DNA of 32,000 nucleotides, from contig JBHLKY010000003.1 of NCBI GenBank assembly GCA_048886185.1, forward strand, positions 120,595 through 152,594, given 5' to 3'. The position numbers and the translations under genes are program-made. The notes under the pieces were generated by a model. That model was not told the DNA's origin, searched no databases, and worked only from the letters and a program-made list of their open reading frames with translations. This DNA is from Candidatus Hermodarchaeota archaeon. Its GTDB lineage: Archaea > Asgardarchaeota > Heimdallarchaeia > Hodarchaeales > Hodarchaeaceae. Shown here one piece after another: positions 26,475-32,000 of this stretch (positions are counted from its first letter, which is position 1; every line of letters begins with the position of its first letter).

Positions 26475-27086
26475 TTACGGGATTGATAGATGTTTTGAGA
26501 CTTCTAATGGTAATTTTTGAGAAAATTTATCCTCATACTTTCTGATATTCTGAATGAATTCAAATATTGATTCAAAAACTTCCATTATCGAAACAACATC
26601 CTTTGCTGAACATTTGAAAGAATTTATACACTGAAATCTCCTCTCAAATGATGTTAAGTCAATTTCTCTTTCATCAAAAGAAGCAATATCCGATTTCGTC
26701 CCAATTAAGAACTTGGGGACATGAGGTTCAACAAAATTAAGCCACCCTGAAATGGAAAATAAGGAGGATAGATCTGTAAGATCAAAACATAGAACAGCAG
26801 CGTCGGAACCTTTGCAAAACTCTTTGAATACCCCCATGTTCTTGAATTGCTCTTGTCCTCCTAGATCCCAAATTTGAACTTTTGTACAAGGAATCTTATC
26901 GTCAGAAAGTGTTTTTAAATGAAATTCTAATGCAATCGTTTGTCTAGCTTTACTAAAAAATGAATTATTGATAAAGGTCTTTGATATAGTTGTTTTACCT
27001 ACACCACCTTCCCCTAAAATGACAATTTTCAGTGGTTTATTTCTATTTGGATGTAGGAACCTCATGAGACACACTAATACATCCAA
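26475..27086 (-). CDS. Rab-like small GTPase (Ras superfamily)
   Basis: G1 GEGGVGKT, G2 TI, G3 WDLGGQ, G4 TKSD, G5 CSAK; no C-terminal Cys motif. The start may be ATG 27065. Confidence 0.93.
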   Translation of the reverse strand: MDVLVCLMRFLHPNRNKPLKIVILGEGGVGKTTISKTFINNSFFSKARQTIALEFHLKTLSDDKIPCTKVQIWDLGGQEQFKNMGVFKEFCKGSDAAVLCFDLTDLSSLFSISGWLNFVEPHVPKFLIGTKSDIASFDEREIDLTSFERRFQCINSFKCSAKDVVSIMEVFESIFEFIQNIRKYEDKFSQKLPLEVSKHLSIP

Positions 27087-27107
27087 TAATACTTTATATT
27101 TTAACTA

Positions 27108-27128
27108 CCCAAAAAAATATTTCTTGGG
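27108..27128. promoter_or_regulatory. Imperfect palindrome in the short divergent promoter region between the GTPase and pilin-like genes
   Basis: CCCAAAAAAATATTTCTTGGG (8/10 pairs) between two TATA-like elements (27093-27100 minus strand; 27134-27140 plus strand). Confidence 0.3.
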
Positions 27129-27165
27129 TTGATTTTTGGGATATTATAAGTGATTCCCATAGAGG

Positions 27166-27393
27166 ATGGATGGTGGAAATATGAGAATTAATTTTTTGAA
27201 AATAGGAGTTTCTTCCCTAGAAAAGCTATTAAGGAGAAAAAGAAGAGGTTCACCTCTAGTAGAAGAAGGAATACTCATTGGATTAAGTTTGTTTGGTTTT
27301 TTGTTAATCTTATCTATTGTAACAGGAGTTCTGGATTGGCTTCTAGTAAATGCTGATGAATTACTTAAGCAGCTTGGATCCCTGTTCTCTTAA
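27166..27393 (+). CDS. Small Flp-like pilin / class III signal peptide protein
   Basis: RRKRRG|SPLVE: basic leader, Gly at -1, Glu at +5, then a hydrophobic helix. The start may be ATG 27181. Confidence 0.65.
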   Translation: MDGGNMRINFLKIGVSSLEKLLRRKRRGSPLVEEGILIGLSLFGFLLILSIVTGVLDWLLVNADELLKQLGSLFS

Positions 27394-27650
27394 CAAAGAG
27401 TATTCTAGTATCGAAAAAGGCTTGAACTGTATAGATCTAGTAAACTTTCACAAAAAATTTATGGGGATTTCCGCTATTTATTTTGTTGAAGAAAAGCCAC
27501 TTCATAAAAAATTAGGATGATAAAACCATTCATTCAAGCCAACTTTTAATTACCCCGATAGCCCCAAAGATAAAGCCATACCCTTTGAGAAGTATTGGTG
27601 GAAAAATTTAAGCTGTTTACAGTTATTTGGCATATTCCCAAAACAGAACA

Positions 27651-27785
27651 TGGACCGAGTGGGATTTTCGGGCATAAAGACAGCCTATATGCCATTTGAA
27701 CCCACGACCTCCTGATGTCTTGAACAGCTGTATTTAACAGTCCGTTTGCAAGCCAGGCGCTACTTCCAAGCTGAGCTATCGGCCC
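27651..27785 (-). tRNA. tRNA-Ala(TGC) with two 30-nt introns (37/38: 27717-27746; T-loop 59/60: 27665-27694); CCA not encoded
   Basis: Acceptor GGGCCGA/TCGGTCC with G3:U70, anticodon stem CCTGG/TCAGG, T stem GTGGG/CCCAC. BHB-like junctions. Confidence 0.93.
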
Positions 27786-27828
27786 TAAATATTCAGAGTG
27801 GTCAGATAATAGTTTTCTTAAAAACATT

Positions 27829-28395
27829 TCAATTTTCGTCGAGATGCTGTTCCTTCCATATTCTTAGGGGTTCCTGTTTAGATTTAAATCGTAGTTGTTC
27901 TAAATATCGATAAACTGTACCGTGTTTCGATCCTTGTATTAACTGCATGATAGCTTCCCTCGCATTTTTTATCTCTGTCAGTTCTCCAATTATTGAAACT
28001 TGATTCCCAAATATAGAGATCAACACTTCCGTACCTGCCTCAATCATTCTTCTTGCTTTTCCTTTCTCTCCAATGATTCGTGATTTTATTCTTTTAATTG
28101 TGTTCTTTGATCCTGCTAGTTCAATAGTCTCAAGATAAATATCGTCATCTAATAGGTAGAAAGCTTTCTCCGCACTGAAACCCCTGCCGATTGCTTTTAT
28201 GATTTCACGAGCTTTCCACATGAGTGTTGGATCTGAGGTGTTTAAAGACGAAGTTATGTGAACTGAACCATCTTCACTGTTGATTTCAATGGAAACACCC
28301 GTAATAGTTTCTATTTCCGATTTAACAGATCCATTTTTTCCAATCACCACTCCTATTCGGCTCTTGGGAATTTTTAACCGACTTTCTATTACCAT
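27829..28395 (-). CDS. KH-domain pre-rRNA processing protein Dim2/Pno1
   Basis: IGVVIGKNG, KAIGRGFS, RIIGEKG, GSKHGTVY. Confidence 0.93.
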   Translation of the reverse strand: MVIESRLKIPKSRIGVVIGKNGSVKSEIETITGVSIEINSEDGSVHITSSLNTSDPTLMWKAREIIKAIGRGFSAEKAFYLLDDDIYLETIELAGSKNTIKRIKSRIIGEKGKARRMIEAGTEVLISIFGNQVSIIGELTEIKNAREAIMQLIQGSKHGTVYRYLEQLRFKSKQEPLRIWKEQHLDEN

Positions 28396-28440
28396 TCGAT
28401 TTATTTCACCCTGATGATTCCTATCTGTCTATTTGTCCTT

Positions 28441-29274
28441 CTAAAGTATAAGGTTTTTATCTGGTAAGTCTTTGATAATTTCATCAAATAGTTCTTGATC
28501 ATTAGGAATTTCGATTTCCTTAGTTGAAAAGAATGAGAGAATGTTTTTTAAATCACGTTTCAGAAAATCCAAAGCTCTAGGATGGGATAACAGAACACTT
28601 TGACTCATATCAATGAAATATGGTGTTGTATTTACCATTAGAATGTTGAAAGCTGATAAATCTGCATGTACAAGCCCAGCTCGTTGAAAGAGAAGTTTAA
28701 TCTGATTAAGTATTTGGGTTAATGTTTTCTCTGTAAACGCTTCTGGTGTATTTTTTAGCAAAGGAGAGGGGATGCCCTCTTTTCCTAATAGTTCCATTAA
28801 TAGGATATTCTTCCTTATTAATATTGGCTTTGGTACATTGACTTCTGCTTGTATGCTTCTCTGTAGATTGCTATACTCTTTTTCAGCCCAAAGGTAGATT
28901 ACACGACGCAGTTTTTTACTCTGCTTTGTGAATCTTCTGTCACCATTAATGTACTGTTTAATTTGTTTAAAATTCAGGGTGCTGGTTCGAAAGATCTTAG
29001 CAACAATTGGCGACTCAATTGAGTATGCTTTACAATACTTCTCACCCTCTGGCCCAAGCTCAGCCAAAAAAACACCTGATTCCTTTCCTGAAGCAATAGT
29101 TCCAGTAATTGAGACAATAATCCCCCTTTCTTGTAATCTTTTTATTTCTTTTGCTGTATTTAAGTCAATTACAGAATCAACAGTCTTAATATCCTCTGAT
29201 CTTTTTTTTCTTTTCCTCCATCGATCTTCATCCTGATCTAGGTTTTCCCATATCTTTTTATCATCTGGCTTCAT
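28441..29274 (-). CDS. rio1: RIO1-family kinase/ATPase
   Basis: IASGKES, WAEKEYSNL, LVHADLSAFNIL, IDMSQSV. Confidence 0.93.
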   Translation of the reverse strand: MKPDDKKIWENLDQDEDRWRKRKKRSEDIKTVDSVIDLNTAKEIKRLQERGIIVSITGTIASGKESGVFLAELGPEGEKYCKAYSIESPIVAKIFRTSTLNFKQIKQYINGDRRFTKQSKKLRRVIYLWAEKEYSNLQRSIQAEVNVPKPILIRKNILLMELLGKEGIPSPLLKNTPEAFTEKTLTQILNQIKLLFQRAGLVHADLSAFNILMVNTTPYFIDMSQSVLLSHPRALDFLKRDLKNILSFFSTKEIEIPNDQELFDEIIKDLPDKNLIL

Positions 29275-29878
29275 TCCTAGATGGCCTCAAGTTACGAACT
29301 AAAGATTTCCCAAAATACTTAGATGTGATTCTTGTTTGGATAGTATCACAATTAGGGCATCCTAAGGTGTTTCGTCTTTTATATTCCAATTCATAACCAC
29401 ACTGAATGCAATAGGAAATTATCACACCTAATCCATTACCAATTAAGCTTATATAAATTGGCTTTGCGGTTCGAATTATTCGAAATCTAATCCAGTCTCC
29501 TGGTCGAGCCACTTCATACATATTTTTAACAAAACGTCGTGATGCTTCTGAAACATGTAGTACAGCACTCATAGGGATCGGTAAGAATTCTTGGTTTAAA
29601 TAGTAGATATTTACTGATGCAATTTGCTTTTTCATGAATTCTACACGACCTAATCCAATATCCCCATTCTTTATTGTTCGGTGCGGATTCTTTGGGATAA
29701 CAGTAATTTTGTGCTTTTTAGGATCTGTCTTAACATTACCAAAAATTTTTGAATATATACCTCCATCCTGTTCGTAGCAGGTTTCATCAGGTAGAAATTC
29801 TTCTATAACTGCTATTTTGTCACCTGGTACTACTAAATTGTCATCAGAGTTGATTTTCTTGTTATTCTTCATATCCAT
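29261..29878 (-). CDS. csl4: Exosome cap subunit Csl4
   Basis: VVPGDKIAVIEEF, S1 domain, GLGVI...CIQC...CPNC. Confidence 0.9.
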   Translation of the reverse strand: MDMKNNKKINSDDNLVVPGDKIAVIEEFLPDETCYEQDGGIYSKIFGNVKTDPKKHKITVIPKNPHRTIKNGDIGLGRVEFMKKQIASVNIYYLNQEFLPIPMSAVLHVSEASRRFVKNMYEVARPGDWIRFRIIRTAKPIYISLIGNGLGVIISYCIQCGYELEYKRRNTLGCPNCDTIQTRITSKYFGKSLVRNLRPSRNEAR

Positions 29879-29974
29879 TCCTAATTAATCTATCTAGCTT
29901 TCCTATTTAATACTCTCCCTATTTTGTCTGGAACAGGGTTATTTTGAATTTCTTTCGGATATCTAAGATATGTA

Positions 29975-30682
29975 TTACCTTTTTTCACTGATCCTGTAGA
30001 CATCAACACAGACATAATGACTCTTTTTTTTATGAAACACAAATAAAGGCGGAATTGGGAATTCTAAAGTCGCTAAAATTTCACATGATTTATCATACTT
30101 TTGACTTACCCTTTTAATGAGTTTTCGGGATTCTCGATTTGATTTATGAATAGATATTACTTTTTTTGAAAAAATCAATGCTTTTTCCAGAAATACAATG
30201 TCAATACCCTTCCTTTTTGTACCAAAAGGTGGATTCATAATAGTAACCTCAAAAGCGTTTTTCCAGGAATAAGTTTCCAGAAATTCAATAGCTGATATCA
30301 AAAGTTCCGCTTCGAGTTTTTGCGATTTGAGGAGCGCTTTTAAACCATACATTGTCTCTGAGTCCACATCTACACAGAGTAAATATTTGGAAAAGAATTT
30401 TACTAATGGTAGACTTATTCTACCAGTTCCTGATCCAAATTCGACAATTTTCTGATTCATCAAATCATTTTCTACATACACTAAAATAAAAGCGATGAGC
30501 TGCGCTGGTAATGTATATTGCTCTAATTCTATTTTACCTTTATGAAATGAATTAATAGTATTTACATAATCAAGTATTTGATTATACAAATAATATTTGT
30601 CTTGAGTCCAATTAATGGCCCTAGGAGATAATAATCTAAATTCTGTGGAAGGCCATTTTTTCCCTGACATTCTCTTTTTCAC
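29975..30682 (-). CDS. METTL5-family N6-adenine rRNA methyltransferase
   Basis: LEQYTLP, EFGSGTG, VDVD, MNPPFGTKRKGIDIVFL. Confidence 0.9.
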   Translation of the reverse strand: MKKRMSGKKWPSTEFRLLSPRAINWTQDKYYLYNQILDYVNTINSFHKGKIELEQYTLPAQLIAFILVYVENDLMNQKIVEFGSGTGRISLPLVKFFSKYLLCVDVDSETMYGLKALLKSQKLEAELLISAIEFLETYSWKNAFEVTIMNPPFGTKRKGIDIVFLEKALIFSKKVISIHKSNRESRKLIKRVSQKYDKSCEILATLEFPIPPLFVFHKKKSHYVCVDVYRISEKR

Positions 30683-30738
30683 ACATTAAAAAGGAAAGAA
30701 AATTGAGAAATCTTGGGATATTAGAAAAAAAGGTAATA

Positions 30739-31182
30739 TCAACGCATAGGTTTTTCCTTTTTTCCAGAAAGCATTGCATCAAGGCTTACTCCATTTACGT
30801 GAACAATTTTATATCTCACGCCTGGTAGATCACCTATGGCACCGCCTTTTGCGCCTCCGATCCCTTCTATTATTACTTCATCATGTTCATCTATAAATAA
30901 CAGCCCTCCATCACCAGGAACGAAGGCTGTAACCTGTTTTCCATTTTTTATTAGCTGTACTCTTACACATTTCCTAATTGCTGAATTTGGTTGTTTCGAT
31001 TCAATTCCTACCTTTTCAATCACAATTCCACGAGCTTGAGGTGCTCCTTCCAGAGGATCGAATTTTTCCTTCAAGCGAAGCACTTTTCGCTTATATATTG
31101 TATTCTTCCAACGAAATTTCTTTCTTTTTTGCAATAACTTATTTGCAGCAAATTCTCCTCTTGGTGATTTCAATCCAGTCAT
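30739..31182 (-). CDS. rps12: 30S ribosomal protein S12 (uS12)
   Basis: [24 protein letters not shown]. Confidence 0.98.
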   Translation of the reverse strand: MTGLKSPRGEFAANKLLQKRKKFRWKNTIYKRKVLRLKEKFDPLEGAPQARGIVIEKVGIESKQPNSAIRKCVRVQLIKNGKQVTAFVPGDGGLLFIDEHDEVIIEGIGGAKGGAIGDLPGVRYKIVHVNGVSLDAMLSGKKEKPMR

Positions 31183-31322
31183 ATTTATTCACCTAACTAA
31201 AATTTTTTACTAAATCAATATATCAAACTGATCTAATTTCTCTTTAGTGCCAATAGGGGTTTTTGTACTCTGTTTTGGTTTAGTATAAGAAGGGTTTGCC
31301 TTACAAATATAAGTTGACAATT

Positions 31323-31763
31323 TCATGGAGGACTTTGGATGACTACATTATTGACTCCAAAATGTCTTTTCATCAAAAGTCGCGATCTTTGGATATTTCT
31401 GCCATTTTTACCAATAGCTTTTCCTCTTTCTTTAGGAATAACCGTAATTACAACCGTTTTCTTTCCTGATTTTTCATGAATCTCAATATTTTTCGTTTTG
31501 GCTGGAGCTAAGGTATTTGCAGCAAAAGTTTCCAAATTTTCAGAATACTCAACAATATCGATTTGCTTCTGAAAATGATCACGAAGGCGTCTTATTGTCG
31601 TTCCGCCACGTCCAATCACTTTTCCTTTATCACTTCGTCGAATCACAAAAATAACACGAGTTTCAGATTTATCCCAAATACAATCAACCGCTAATGCACC
31701 TGTGAGTCCCTCGAGAATAGAAATAAAACGAAGTTCCTCTTGGGACATGCGAATATTAGACAA
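31323..31763 (-). CDS. nusA: Archaeal NusA (two KH domains)
   Basis: VIGRGGTTI, IDIVEYS, AIGKNGRNI. Confidence 0.95.
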   Translation of the reverse strand: MSNIRMSQEELRFISILEGLTGALAVDCIWDKSETRVIFVIRRSDKGKVIGRGGTTIRRLRDHFQKQIDIVEYSENLETFAANTLAPAKTKNIEIHEKSGKKTVVITVIPKERGKAIGKNGRNIQRSRLLMKRHFGVNNVVIQSPP

Positions 31764-31777
31764 TTGAAAACATCCTA

Positions 31778-32000
31778 TTAAAGGAATTCTAATATTTTTG
31801 AATTTCCTGGGTCTAAAATCGCTATTGTGGAAATCATATGAGGACGTCCACAGACAGCACCAAGATCCACTCCGGTTTTTTCATATTGAATAATTGGGAT
31901 TTTTGAGAGTTCACAGTTCCTTAATAGTCTCTTTTTCGAATCCAAAGGTAAATTGTTTGAAATAATAGTTGCTTTAACTTTTCCGCTCATTACGCTTTTA
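31778..32000 (-). CDS. rpl30e: 50S ribosomal protein L30e (5' truncated by window edge)
   Basis: GKVKATIISNN, DLGAVCGRPHMIS..ILDPGNS; frame is open to the window edge. Confidence 0.92.
   Translation of the reverse strand, partial: KSVMSGKVKATIISNNLPLDSKKRLLRNCELSKIPIIQYEKTGVDLGAVCGRPHMISTIAILDPGNSKILEFL

Noticed and set aside
27610-27640. tRNA-Ala 3' trailer weakly echoing both introns (ATATGCCA; ACTGT..CAGCT)
   Set aside because: Matches of 5-8 nt are too short to separate from chance without comparative data.
27546-27827. 93-aa minus-strand ORF
   Set aside because: It runs through the whole tRNA-Ala gene and its introns and has no protein motifs.
1-32000. CRISPR arrays, IS elements, rRNA genes, STT3/AglB
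   Set aside because: No regular repeat-spacer pattern, transposase, rRNA-like stretch or WWDYG motif seen.

Overview
AT-rich core-genome segment of an Asgard archaeon. Heimdallarchaeia-like affinity is inferred from the eukaryote-like Sec61a, two-domain Rpo5, OST subunits and Rab/roadblock genes. No transposase, integrase or CRISPR array was seen. Left to right: truD (partial), Cren7-like/winged-helix protein, rpl34e, EMC3/TMCO1-family insertase, tiaS-dhs divergent from agmatinase, AOS-family PLP enzyme (Kbl-like), hypothetical, TFS/RpoM paralogue, PUA-PAPS-reductase-4Fe4S protein, two-domain Rpo5, Wbp1/OST48-like protein, hypothetical, tRNA-Arg(GCG) with two introns, 4-TM protein, COG2403 P-loop protein (probable CTG start), DAD1/Ost2-like protein, an unannotated dual-guide box C/D RNA, Trm112, tRNA-Gln(TTG) with one intron and overlapped by a ferredoxin stop codon, ribophorin I, secY/Sec61a, DUF62 enzyme, MFS, a Rab-like GTPase-KaiC-roadblock-FIST run, a divergent pilin-like ORF, tRNA-Ala(TGC) with two introns, Dim2, Rio1, Csl4, METTL5, rps12, nusA, rpl30e (partial). 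Highlights: (1) a box C/D RNA whose two guides predict LSU rRNA methylations at sites matching eukaryotic snR38 and U49 targets; (2) three non-catalytic OST-like subunits plus Sec61a within about 10 kb; (3) the GTPase/KaiC/roadblock/FIST module; (4) non-canonical tRNA introns. Family calls and rRNA reference sequences come from motif recognition and memory; no searches were run.
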